DNA of 64,000 nucleotides from Alphaproteobacteria bacterium (lineage in GTDB: Bacteria > Pseudomonadota > Alphaproteobacteria > Bin95), in assembly GCA_965205265.1 (NCBI GenBank), contig CBDBGH010000003.1:5024001-5088000 (forward strand), given 5' to 3'. Below are positions 21,981 through 30,989 of the stretch, in pieces. The translations under genes were made by a program, and so were the position numbers. Under the pieces are notes generated by a model that was not told the origin of the DNA, ran no database searches, and saw only the letters and a list, made by a program, of their open reading frames with translations. How positions within the stretch are numbered: position 1 is the first letter of the stretch; every line of letters starts with the position of its first letter.

Positions 21981-24173
21981 TCAGCCGTTGCCCCGCGCCT
22001 CGAAGAGTCCGCCTCCGTGGTGGGACGTGCGGCCGAGCATGACAGGCCCGGCCTGGGCGGCCCGGAAGGTGAGCCGGACCCACGCGTCGATGCCGCCCCG
22101 CTCTCCCGTGACGATGGAGGTTCCGAGAATGTCGATCTTCTCGGCCGCGGGCAGCCGGGCCCGATGCATCTCGGTCCTGATGTCCTTCTCGACAAGGGCC
22201 GGAACCGGCCGGTTCCTTTCGATGAACCGGGTGACCCGATAGGGGGTAATCGTCTCCCATACGCGGCTCGGGACAAACAGCGGGTCGCTGTCGGCCCGGA
22301 CGGGGACCGGCTCGGTGCCCAGGACCCCTTCGGCGCCGGCGACGATCTCCCTCATGCCGGACACGGCCTGTTCCACGAGCCTGTGGCCCTCACCGATCTC
22401 GTCGGGGAAGTTGCCATCGGCATTGCGGTGACCGGGCGCCAGCCACAGGATGCGGCGGCGCGCGAGATCCGTGCAGATGAACACATGCCGGTGCCTGCCG
22501 TCGCGCGAGCGGATCGGGCCGCTCGAGTTGACCGGATGACCCGACACATAGGGTGGAAGCCGACGCCGGCGGCCGATCAGGTCCTGCGCGCGGGCCATCA
22601 TGGCCCGCCGCGCGGCCTGCGTGACGGCCATCGGGTCCGCATCCCGCCCGATATCGGAAACGATCTGCAGTGCCGTGATGCCGGAGGTCTGCTCCTCGGG
22701 GCGCATCAGCCCCAGCCCGAGAAACCGGCCGTCGCCGACAAGGACGGGACCGGAAACGGGTTTCGAGAACTCGATTTCGGCATGCCAGAGCCGGGACTGC
22801 GAGAACCGGGTTCCCGGTGAGAAGGAGCGCGAATGAAGCCCCTCGTTGTCGGGGGAGGTGCGCCGCACGGCAACGGACAGGGCCGGGATGGTGATGCCGG
22901 CATAGCGGAGCGCCTTCCGCACGGCCTGCACCGCATGCTGTTCGCCGCGCCTCACATCGGTGCCCGAGACGGCGCCGCGCTTCTCGCGCGGCCGCTCCGG
23001 CACCGCGATCGGGGTGACGGTGCGCCAATAGCGCGACCTGCCCTCGTACCGCTCGACCATGCGGCGGCTGCCGCCCGGGTGGAGTTCCGCCCGGACCGAG
23101 CCGTCTTCACGGGTCCACGCAATCTGGGAGAAAGCCCAGGAGACCTCGTCGCCGGGAATCGGGCAGGAGCGCGGCACATAGACGGCCACACGCCGGATCA
23201 TCATGTCGGAGTCCAGGTGGCCTATCGAGGGGAGGGGAACGATGCGCACCCTGGACAGGGCGTCGTCGCGCTGGACGCCGCGGCCGATCAGGAAACGCTC
23301 GACCGTGTCGGCGAGGTCGGGAGAGTTCTCCCGGATCAGCCCGGCGGCCCGGTCGCGGATATCCTCGACGAATGCCACCGCACGGTCGAGCGTGGTTGCC
23401 GAGTAACCGCGTCCCTCGCCGTCCAGGACGTCGAACAACAGGCGCTCGTCGGGCGTATTGTAGCGCACGGGTGCAAGCGCGGGCTTGGCGGGCTGCTCGA
23501 AGACAGCGACGTCGTTCCGGCCCAGGCGCTCGCGCGAAAAACGCGACAGGTTCTGCCTGTGACGCCTGCGCAGACTTTCGAGGGAGCCGGGTTTGGGGCA
23601 CAGCAGCGATGGCCCGGCGCGGCCCCGGTCGGAAGGGGTATAGACGACGATCCCGGGCTGCTGGAACAGGAGGTCGCGTTCCTCGGTGTCAATGATCTTC
23701 CCGGAACCCCAGGCCTGATCGAAACCCCGTCCGAGCTGGTAGATCGCCCTGGCCGCGTCGCAGACCTCCCGGGCGTAGCCGGTCCGGTCCCCGTTATTCC
23801 CGATATCCCAGCAATAGTGGATGGGGATGGCCTCATCGAAGATCCGGTATTGCTGCGGTTTCGGCACCTTGATCGAGGCAAGCGCCTCGTTGAGGTCCAC
23901 CGACGGCCCTCCCGGGATGGCGGAGTCCATGTCGTTGTTCGGGACATAGGGCGTGACGCCTTCATGCCGGGTCGCCGGCGGGGCGCCGATGACAGGCGGT
24001 GCGAGGCCCTCGAGCCAGCCGAGAGCCTCGAGCAGGCCGGGGCGGACGGTGCCGCCCTCGGCCGACCCGGCAATCAGCGCCTGGAACACACGGCCGGGCG
24101 CCGGAGGCCAGTCGCCCGTGCCATGGTAGCGTCCTTCGCCGAACCGGACGCTCAGGAGGAGGGACCGGCTCAT
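21981..24173 (-). CDS. csb2: Type I-G Csb2 (Cas5/Cas6 fusion)
   Basis: GRYHG..DWPPAPGRVFQALIAG; QLGRG; GPVLVGDGRFLGLGL and GPVMLGRTSHHGGGLF glycine-rich loops. Confidence 0.93.
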   Translation of the reverse strand: MSRSLLLSVRFGEGRYHGTGDWPPAPGRVFQALIAGSAEGGTVRPGLLEALGWLEGLAPPVIGAPPATRHEGVTPYVPNNDMDSAIPGGPSVDLNEALASIKVPKPQQYRIFDEAIPIHYCWDIGNNGDRTGYAREVCDAARAIYQLGRGFDQAWGSGKIIDTEERDLLFQQPGIVVYTPSDRGRAGPSLLCPKPGSLESLRRRHRQNLSRFSRERLGRNDVAVFEQPAKPALAPVRYNTPDERLLFDVLDGEGRGYSATTLDRAVAFVEDIRDRAAGLIRENSPDLADTVERFLIGRGVQRDDALSRVRIVPLPSIGHLDSDMMIRRVAVYVPRSCPIPGDEVSWAFSQIAWTREDGSVRAELHPGGSRRMVERYEGRSRYWRTVTPIAVPERPREKRGAVSGTDVRRGEQHAVQAVRKALRYAGITIPALSVAVRRTSPDNEGLHSRSFSPGTRFSQSRLWHAEIEFSKPVSGPVLVGDGRFLGLGLMRPEEQTSGITALQIVSDIGRDADPMAVTQAARRAMMARAQDLIGRRRRLPPYVSGHPVNSSGPIRSRDGRHRHVFICTDLARRRILWLAPGHRNADGNFPDEIGEGHRLVEQAVSGMREIVAGAEGVLGTEPVPVRADSDPLFVPSRVWETITPYRVTRFIERNRPVPALVEKDIRTEMHRARLPAAEKIDILGTSIVTGERGGIDAWVRLTFRAAQAGPVMLGRTSHHGGGLFEARGNG

Positions 24174-24177
24174 CGGG

Positions 24178-25257
24178 TCAGGCCGCCTCGTCGGCGGGGA
24201 GGCCGATATCGCGGCGGGCCCTCGCGCGCTCGTAGGCAACCGACCGGCTCGGCCCGACGCCCCATTCGGCCGCCGCGGCGCGGGCGACTTCGACCGCATT
24301 CCCGGCATTGAGGTCGAGCGCCTCGCGCTGGCCGTTATGCATCACGACTTCCCATGACGCCGTCCTGTCCGGATCCAGCGTCAGCAGGCAGCCCTGCCGG
24401 AGGAACAGGTTCGATGGCGTGGTGGCCGCGACAACAGCGAGGCCGAGCAGGTAGCGGCGCATGGCTTCGCCCTTCTCGCCGCGCAGGCGGCGAAGGGCCA
24501 CCAGGTTGATCGTGGTGGAGCGGATGATCTCGCCATGCACGATGACGCCGCCAAGCTCCTCGCCGACGCTCGGCACCGTGGAATAGCCGCGCCCGGAGAG
24601 GTCGTTCTTGTGCCTGACGGCCTCCTCGTCCGTCACGATGCCTTCCTCGCGAGCGGAGATGGTCGGATTGTACACGGAGCTGCGCTCGATTTCGTGGGCA
24701 TCGGTTGCCCGGATCACCGACTGGATGATCCGCGGAATCTTGACGCCGCTCGCGCGGGAATCCCAGCAACCGAACAGGGCCGATGTCGGGGCCATCTTGA
24801 CGAGTGCCGTATAGTCGTCGGCATCCTTGATCGTCAGGAAGATGGTCTGGATTTCCCGGTCGAGTTCCGTGCCGCGAAGGGTGGCGTCGGCGAGCCGGTG
24901 CGCGAAGGTCAGGATCGAGGCCACGCGGTCATTGCCATGCGTGACATCGATCTGCGGCACGAGATCCGCCAGAGGGTTCTCCTCGCCGTGCCGGCGCATG
25001 AAGACGGGTTCCATCTGGTTGGCCTGGCTCGCCACGCTGTCGATCGTCACGATCGTGCTGCCGTCGCCGAGCGTGTCGATGTTGTACCTCGACCTTTTCC
25101 CCGTCGGGTCCTTTTCGGACCGTGGATAGGACGGGGGGAAAATCACGGAGTGGTGGCCTTCGACCGGCATCAGCGCCTGCTGCAGCGTCAGCGCAACCGG
25201 GCCGTCGCGGTCGTTCGCGCAGAGCGTCGCGAACGCGGTATCGAATTCCGTTGTCAT
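24178..25257 (-). CDS. csb1: Type I-G Csb1/Cas7u backbone
   Basis: VIFPPSY, IDSVASQANQME, HRLADA, PTSALFGCWDSR, LRQGCLL. Confidence 0.93.
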   Translation of the reverse strand: MTTEFDTAFATLCANDRDGPVALTLQQALMPVEGHHSVIFPPSYPRSEKDPTGKRSRYNIDTLGDGSTIVTIDSVASQANQMEPVFMRRHGEENPLADLVPQIDVTHGNDRVASILTFAHRLADATLRGTELDREIQTIFLTIKDADDYTALVKMAPTSALFGCWDSRASGVKIPRIIQSVIRATDAHEIERSSVYNPTISAREEGIVTDEEAVRHKNDLSGRGYSTVPSVGEELGGVIVHGEIIRSTTINLVALRRLRGEKGEAMRRYLLGLAVVAATTPSNLFLRQGCLLTLDPDRTASWEVVMHNGQREALDLNAGNAVEVARAAAAEWGVGPSRSVAYERARARRDIGLPADEAA

Positions 25258-26141
25258 TGAGTCCTCTCTTCGGTTACCTGGTTGATGGACCTCGCCCGGT
25301 TCGGGCCCTGAGGTTCGCCGCATACGACGCGGAACAGGCGGAATGCCTGTCCCGGGACGACCGGTTTGCGCATGCCCAGGGCGGCGCGCAGGAATATCGG
25401 GTCGTGCAGCTGCCCGTTCTCGATTCCAGCGACGCCGTAACTGAACAGCAGCCGCGTGATATGGGCGGGCCGGGCATGCGTCAGGCCGATGGCTGCCAGC
25501 ACCTCCACGAGGGGGTAGCCTCGCGTGGTCATGGCCTTGCCATGGGCATTCAACGAGAAACCGATCTCGACCGGGATATAGTCCGACCGCCAGTCGAAAC
25601 GCATCCGGCGGCCGCCCACCCGAATGGACGACATCGAGAAAGGGTCTTCCGCATGGTCGAGAATGCCCTCGTCCCGGGCCGCCTCGAGACAGTGCTGGAC
25701 GATGAGGGCGCCGGGCGCCCCGCCCATCCCCGTCCAGAACTTCGCTGTCTCGCGTCGGGCCTCGTCGCCCCAATGGTCGATGACGATCCGCTGGGCGCCG
25801 TCGTCGAGCAGCGCAGGCAGCTTTGCCGGCGTATCGAGATGGGGCATCGGGAAGGCAATGCCCGGCGTAACCGAGGTCTCGACCTTCTCCGCCCAGCTGC
25901 CCAGCACGCAGGGAGAGCCGGGCGGCAGGAGCATCGAGACCCTTGCGTTGTCGAGAAACTCCAGCACCCTGCGGACCGGGTCCACCTCTCCGGGCGTCTC
26001 GATTTCGAACCGGCCTTCGGCTTCGCACCAGGAGAAGCCGCCCATGGCTTCGCCCGCAAGACTGTTGGCGGCCTCGAGAAATCCCAGGCAGGCAAAGACC
26101 TGGCCGGGATTCAGCAGGTCGACCGGAATCGACTGTCTCAT
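25254..26141 (-). CDS. cas8u2: Type I-G large subunit Cas8u2/Csb3
   Basis: IPVDLLNPGQVFACLGFLE...KFWTG...FDWR...GFS...VEVLAAIGL; ATGA-coupled on both sides. Confidence 0.88.
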   Translation of the reverse strand: MRQSIPVDLLNPGQVFACLGFLEAANSLAGEAMGGFSWCEAEGRFEIETPGEVDPVRRVLEFLDNARVSMLLPPGSPCVLGSWAEKVETSVTPGIAFPMPHLDTPAKLPALLDDGAQRIVIDHWGDEARRETAKFWTGMGGAPGALIVQHCLEAARDEGILDHAEDPFSMSSIRVGGRRMRFDWRSDYIPVEIGFSLNAHGKAMTTRGYPLVEVLAAIGLTHARPAHITRLLFSYGVAGIENGQLHDPIFLRAALGMRKPVVPGQAFRLFRVVCGEPQGPNRARSINQVTEERTQ

Positions 26142-28894
26142 CGGTAGGCCTCCTCGATGGCCGCCTGGAACTGCGCGCGCGAGGCGCGGTAGTTCGCCGA
26201 GCGCAACAGGGATTCCCACCACGCCAGTCCCCATGGTCCCCAGATGCGTTGTTGCCGCGCATAACGCTGTGCGATCGCCAGGCCTTCGGTGGCGGCGTGC
26301 CGGGGCGGGAGGTCATCGGCGCCCTTGATGCCTATGACCGGACGGGCCTGGCCGTGATGCGACGCGATCAGGTGCAGCGCCAGCTCGAAGCGCGGGTCGT
26401 CCCGGGCAAGATCGAGGCCGTTCCTCGCCGCCAGAACTGTCGAGACGAACTCGTGGCGGTAGCGCGACAGCATGCTTCGTTTCAGGCGTTTGGCGGACTT
26501 GGCGTAGGGGTTTGCCGCCCAGTCCGAAGGCACGCCATAGGCGCGCTGCCACCGCCGCACGGCCTTGCCGTCGTCGTGGTGACGCGCCGCGGTGACCAGC
26601 ATGGCCCTGTCGGCCGCCTGTAAATCCAGGGCATCGGCGATATGGGCGGCTTGACCGCATACCTCGCGCACATGATCCTGGAGCGTTTCCGCCTTCAGCG
26701 AGGTGGCCCGGTGCCGTTCGCCGGACTCCGCTCCGTCGCGCGCCTGCACGGACAACCAGCGCAGGGGCATCTCGTCTTCGTCCAGACGCCACACGAACGC
26801 ATCGATTTCCTGCCATACGACGCCGTCCTCGACGATGGCGCCGCGGTCGGCTCCTGTGGAGACGCGGATCCGGTAGGGCGAGGCCGGAAGGTCTCCGGAG
26901 GCCTCGTTCCCTAGGCCCCAATTGTCTTCGGGGGTCGAAACGGCGGTGTCCGCCTTGATATCCAGGTGGCCGGCGGCGAGCCCGCCAAGACGGGCATCGA
27001 CGACGAGACGCCGTCCCCATAGCCGCCGGCTGAAATTGTCCTGCGCGGCCCGTGAGGCCCGCGACAGGTTAATCAGGTCCCGGTGGACGAGCATTTCCCG
27101 AAAGCTGCCGCTCTGGCTGAGCACCACGGCGACCGGTGCGTCGGGGCGCTTGAGCGGATAAAGGTCGTCATGGACCGGTTCGGGTTCGGCGGTTGCGCCC
27201 GCGACTGCCGCCACCCTGGACAGCAGCCAGGCCAGCACGTCGGCGCTGTCGGCCCAAAGGGTTTCGGCCTGCAGTGATCGGGCGGCCTCGAAAAAGGTCT
27301 CGACATGGTAGCCGTAGGGTGGGGAAAAACGCCGTCCGCGGTCCGTGTCCTGCATGATGACCGGCAGATAGTGGCGCCAGAGCACGGATGTGCGCGGCGC
27401 GCGTTCCTGCCAGCCATGCAGCCAGGGCCCTATGCGAGGCCGGCCGGTATGGGAGAAAAGGGATGTCATGGACCAGGAATCGACTGTCGCCCGTTCCAGG
27501 TCCGGGTAGAGCGGCACGGACGGGGCGGCGGCCCGGACGGACCGGCGAAGGTCCTGACACCGGTAGATGGCCGACAGGGCTTCGGGTCCGGCCTTCACCA
27601 TATCCGCTCCGGCCGGCGGGAGGCCGGAGAGCAGGGAGCGCACGGCGGTGATCGCGGGGTCCACCCGTTTTTCGTCCGCGGTCCTGTCGATGACGGCAAT
27701 GCGCGCCGTGCGGTCGCCGCTGCGCCCGACCCGGCCGAACCGGCGCACCATGCGCGGCCAGTCGCCCACAAGGTCGCAGACCATGGCGTCGGCGTCGAGA
27801 TCGCTGGCGATTTCCCCGGCCAGGGTGGAAATCAGGAAGCGCGGAGCGTCCATGTCGCGGGGGCGGCCATCGCCTGTAAAGCCGCTCTCTGCAAGCCACT
27901 CCGAAAGTTCGCGGCGCTCGCGGGTGCGCTGGCCCTCGAGCAGGAGGGCGGAATGTCGGCCCGCCGGCTTTTTCCCGAGATACCGGTTGATGCCGGCCAG
28001 GATGCGCAGGGCATCCTCACGCGCATCGACGAAGATCAGGATGCGCCGTTCCCCGTCCTCCGCATACGCCCGCGCCCGGTCCACGACTTCGGAAGCGAAG
28101 GCGGCGCCCCGCGCCGGACAGCCATGGACCGACAACTCCTTGTCGGCTGCCAGGCGCTTGGCGATAACCGGATGGGACAGGTCCTCGGCTTCCAGGGTGA
28201 AGAGGCCGGTAGTGGCGCGGTTCACCTGGCCCGAGCTCGCCATGGCCATGACGCGCAGCCCCGGCAGGAGATGCCTGTTGGCCGAATCCGGGGCGCCGAA
28301 CTCATGGGCGCCACGCTCGATTCGGCGCAGCAGGCTCTCGAAAGACGGCATGAGGTCGCGGTCATCGAGCACGATCAGACAGTCACAGGCGAGATTGGCG
28401 GCGGCCAGGGACCGCACGGAGCGATGAAGCCCGTATCCGCTGAAGAGCAGGGCCGAGCCGATCATGTCGACGGAACCGACTATGACCGACGGCAGGTGGG
28501 GATGATAGAGCCAGTCCGAGGAATCGACCCAGGCGCCGCGGAGCGTCGCGATGGGCAGATGTCCGTCCTCGTCCAGACCGAGGCCCTTCCGCAGGGCTTC
28601 CGAGCCCTGGACGGCGGCATGGGCCGCCTCTGCAAGTGCTGTCGCCCGGTCGATGACCGCGGCGCTGTGCACGACATAGGCAAGGCGGCGCGGCACGGGA
28701 GCCCCGGCGGCTCGCGCGGCGAGCCAGACGGCCATCACGGAAGCGCGTCCGCTTCCCGCCGGAATATCCACGACGGGCGGAACGGCACCGCCCATGAAAC
28801 CGTCATGAAGACGTTCGTGCCAGGGAAGGGGCGGGTGCCCGGTTACAGCCTCGAACAGTGCGCTCAATGATGGATTTCCGGCTTTCTGCTGCAC
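26138..28894 (-). CDS. cas3: Type I-G Cas3 (helicase + C-terminal HD) with degenerate catalytic motifs
   Basis: I-G architecture with C-terminal HD (LQDH, HHDDGK, RHE, HHG, GPWGLAWWESLLR); Walker A GSGRA, motif II LDDRD; GTG start at 28894 after a GAGGA RBS. Confidence 0.92.
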   Translation of the reverse strand: MQQKAGNPSLSALFEAVTGHPPLPWHERLHDGFMGGAVPPVVDIPAGSGRASVMAVWLAARAAGAPVPRRLAYVVHSAAVIDRATALAEAAHAAVQGSEALRKGLGLDEDGHLPIATLRGAWVDSSDWLYHPHLPSVIVGSVDMIGSALLFSGYGLHRSVRSLAAANLACDCLIVLDDRDLMPSFESLLRRIERGAHEFGAPDSANRHLLPGLRVMAMASSGQVNRATTGLFTLEAEDLSHPVIAKRLAADKELSVHGCPARGAAFASEVVDRARAYAEDGERRILIFVDAREDALRILAGINRYLGKKPAGRHSALLLEGQRTRERRELSEWLAESGFTGDGRPRDMDAPRFLISTLAGEIASDLDADAMVCDLVGDWPRMVRRFGRVGRSGDRTARIAVIDRTADEKRVDPAITAVRSLLSGLPPAGADMVKAGPEALSAIYRCQDLRRSVRAAAPSVPLYPDLERATVDSWSMTSLFSHTGRPRIGPWLHGWQERAPRTSVLWRHYLPVIMQDTDRGRRFSPPYGYHVETFFEAARSLQAETLWADSADVLAWLLSRVAAVAGATAEPEPVHDDLYPLKRPDAPVAVVLSQSGSFREMLVHRDLINLSRASRAAQDNFSRRLWGRRLVVDARLGGLAAGHLDIKADTAVSTPEDNWGLGNEASGDLPASPYRIRVSTGADRGAIVEDGVVWQEIDAFVWRLDEDEMPLRWLSVQARDGAESGERHRATSLKAETLQDHVREVCGQAAHIADALDLQAADRAMLVTAARHHDDGKAVRRWQRAYGVPSDWAANPYAKSAKRLKRSMLSRYRHEFVSTVLAARNGLDLARDDPRFELALHLIASHHGQARPVIGIKGADDLPPRHAATEGLAIAQRYARQQRIWGPWGLAWWESLLRSANYRASRAQFQAAIEEAYR

Positions 28895-28967
28895 CTGTCG
28901 TCCTCTGTCTCGGTGTTGGACCAGAACGTCCCTTGCGACGCTAAAACGCTTGTCACCCTCATAAATC

Positions 28968-28996
28968 ATAATACGAATATAATTCGTCCCTGTCAA
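28968..28996 (-). promoter_or_regulatory. Sigma70 promoter of the cas operon
   Basis: TTGACA (28996-28991), 17-bp spacer, TATTAT (28973-28968) in an AT-rich patch. Confidence 0.85.
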
Positions 28997-29039
28997 CCCG
29001 CCGGCCGTGTGGTGCGATTTGTTGTTTTTTGTCATGGTG

Positions 29040-29048
29040 TGCTAGGAT
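29040..29048 (+). promoter_or_regulatory. Possible extended -10 promoter of the mini-array
   Basis: TGCTAGGAT shortly before the first pseudo-repeat, preceded by a T-rich tract. Confidence 0.4.
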
Positions 29049-29063
29049 GCATCCGCGCTGGAA

Positions 29064-29178
29064 AGCCTTCAGGTCATGACGGCGCCGGGCGATATTGAAG
29101 GGCATTGTGATTCATGAGCCGGTCTGCTGATCGGCGATGGTTTCACAACCGGAGCGGATGCTCCGGTCTCATTGATGT
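29064..29178 (+). CRISPR. Single-spacer degenerate mini-array (crRNA-like regulator, CreR-type)
   Basis: Pseudo-repeat ending ATTGAAGG (29094-29101), about 38-nt spacer, then a second repeat with stem ACCGGAGC-GGAT-GCTCCGGT and CTCATTGATG; spacer 5' end matches the cas promoter. Confidence 0.82.
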
Positions 29179-29181
29179 GTC

Positions 29182-29209
29182 GGCCCGGGAGAATGCGGGC
29201 TCCCGGGCC
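29182..29209 (+). terminator. GC-rich hairpin after the mini-array
   Basis: GGCCCGGGAG / CTCCCGGGCC 10-bp stem; weak U-tract. Confidence 0.45.
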
Positions 29210-29411
29210 GCGGTTGTTCTGTGTGATAGCCGCTCCGGATTTCGTGGGGAACCCGGTCCCGATATTGTGGAATAGCCGTTTCAGAAACTGCAGTGCCTTG
29301 TGTTTCAGCTGACACCGGAATTCGCATGGCGGATTTCCGGGCCGGAGTCGACGCCAATTCCCGCTCGGTAGTGGAGACGAGGGTCGTCCCGTGTTATGAG
29401 AAGATGTGCCC

Positions 29412-29534
29412 GTGACCTTCCACACCGATGTGCTCCGCGAGCCGCGGAAGCGGCTGTGGGAGATGCTGGGCGGCACGCCGCCGGGCTTCGTCCTTTACGG
29501 AGGCACGGCCCCGGCATTGAGGCGGCTGGGGTAA
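29412..29534 (+). pseudogene. Truncated AbiEii-like nucleotidyltransferase remnant
   Basis: Reads VTFHTDVLREPRKRLWEMLGGTPPGFVLYGGTAPALRRLG then stop. Confidence 0.6.
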
Positions 29535-29539
29535 TCAGG

Positions 29540-30565
29540 ATGCGCGACAAACCGATTGGCGCGATCTGGCGGCCGGTGCGGGATCTGGCTCCTGAGCATC
29601 GCGGCTTTTCGCATGAGCCCGCCCGGCAGGCGGCTCGCCGCTGGCAGGAGAGCAGGAAGAAGCTCGAGGACCCGGAGATCGACCGGTCCTCCATGGATGT
29701 GTGGCTCCGGTCGCAGAGACGGGCCTTTGCCATCGAGACCGGCCAGATCGAGGGCCTTTATCTGTTGCGCCGGGGCGTGACCGAGACCCTGATAGCCGAA
29801 GGCTTCGACAACGTCCGGGGGGCCCATTCGGCAGGCGACATTGACGATGACACCATCAAGGGGCTGCTACAGGATCAGGAGACAGCCCTTGAGATGATGT
29901 TCGCGCATGTCAGGGAAGAGCGCCCGCTGACGACGTCGGCGATCAAGGAGTGGCACGCGCTCCTGACGCGGCACCAGGACACGGCAACGGGCATCGACCC
30001 GTTCGGGAAGAAAATCGAGATACCGCTGCGCCGGGGCCAGTGGAAAATACGGTCGAACAATCCCCGCCGGCATGACGGGATCATCCACGAATACTGTCCG
30101 CCGGAGCAGGTGGAAACGGAGATGGAGCGTTTCCTGAAATTCCACGAGGAACACGCTGGCCTGAACCTTGCGCCGGAGACGGAAGCTGCCTGGCTACACC
30201 ACGAATTCGTGCGCATCCACCCGTTTCAGGACGGCAATGGCCGTATATCGCGGCTGCTGATGGCTTACGCCTATGCCAGGGCAGGTGAGTTCCCGCCCGT
30301 CATTCCGGCGGAAAGGAAGGATGACTATATCGATGCCCTCGATGCCGCGGATGAAGGAAACTTCCCGGCGCTGGTCGAGTATCTGGGCGATCTGGCGGCA
30401 GGCCGCTCAAGGGCGGCGGCGCTTCGGGCAGAAGGCATCGTGGCCGGGCGTACGCAGTACCGTCACGGCAATGGCGGCATCACCTCGAAGGGCACTTACC
30501 GTTCACTTGAGGCCCTGGGCAGTGACTGGGAACCGCCGTCGCCGTCGCCGTTCGACGATGATTGA
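29540..30565 (+). CDS. Fic family protein
   Basis: Intact HPFQDGNGRISR; AIETGQIEG inhibitory-helix-like motif. Confidence 0.92.
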   Translation: MRDKPIGAIWRPVRDLAPEHRGFSHEPARQAARRWQESRKKLEDPEIDRSSMDVWLRSQRRAFAIETGQIEGLYLLRRGVTETLIAEGFDNVRGAHSAGDIDDDTIKGLLQDQETALEMMFAHVREERPLTTSAIKEWHALLTRHQDTATGIDPFGKKIEIPLRRGQWKIRSNNPRRHDGIIHEYCPPEQVETEMERFLKFHEEHAGLNLAPETEAAWLHHEFVRIHPFQDGNGRISRLLMAYAYARAGEFPPVIPAERKDDYIDALDAADEGNFPALVEYLGDLAAGRSRAAALRAEGIVAGRTQYRHGNGGITSKGTYRSLEALGSDWEPPSPSPFDDD

Positions 30566-30989
30566 GGGGGCAGGTGAGATTCCGGACGAGATCCTGCTTG
30601 GGGTGGCGCGGCGGGTGGTCTGGTTCCAGCCGCCGCAGGAGACGCTGCAGGACGAAGTCCAATTCCTGAGCCATGTCATGATCTACGGCCTGCCGGAGGA
30701 TGTGGTCGCGGTCCGCGATGCCTATGGCGACGAGGCATTCCGCAACACCTTGCGCAACGCCTGGCCCGGCATTTTCGACCCGCGCTCCTGGTTCTACTGG
30801 CACACGGTGCTCGACATGCTGCCCGTGCCCCCGCTTCCCGTCCGCCGCTTCCCTGTGGCGCCGGGGGAGCCGCCCCTGGAGGTGCATCCTTCCCTGCAGG
30901 GGCATGGCGGGCCGCCCAGAGGGCGCAGATATTCGACCAGCGCCGGCATGGTGCCTCGCCCTCCCCCGGGAGGAAGTGCGGCAGTCTAG
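30558..30989 (+). CDS. Small hypothetical protein of the kind found next to AbiEii genes
   Basis: ARRVVWFQPP...FLSHVMIYG...PGIFDPRSWFYWH. Confidence 0.65.
   Translation: MIEGAGEIPDEILLGVARRVVWFQPPQETLQDEVQFLSHVMIYGLPEDVVAVRDAYGDEAFRNTLRNAWPGIFDPRSWFYWHTVLDMLPVPPLPVRRFPVAPGEPPLEVHPSLQGHGGPPRGRRYSTSAGMVPRPPPGGSAAV

Noticed and set aside
24178-26316. 712-aa ORF as a Cas7 fusion
   Set aside because: The upstream part overlaps cas8u2/cas3 in another frame and is not protein-like; the real start is 25257
28895-29035. N-terminal extension of Cas3 in the ORF track (965 aa)
   Set aside because: It spans the AT-rich promoter; GTG at 28894 has an RBS and matches where Cas3 homology begins
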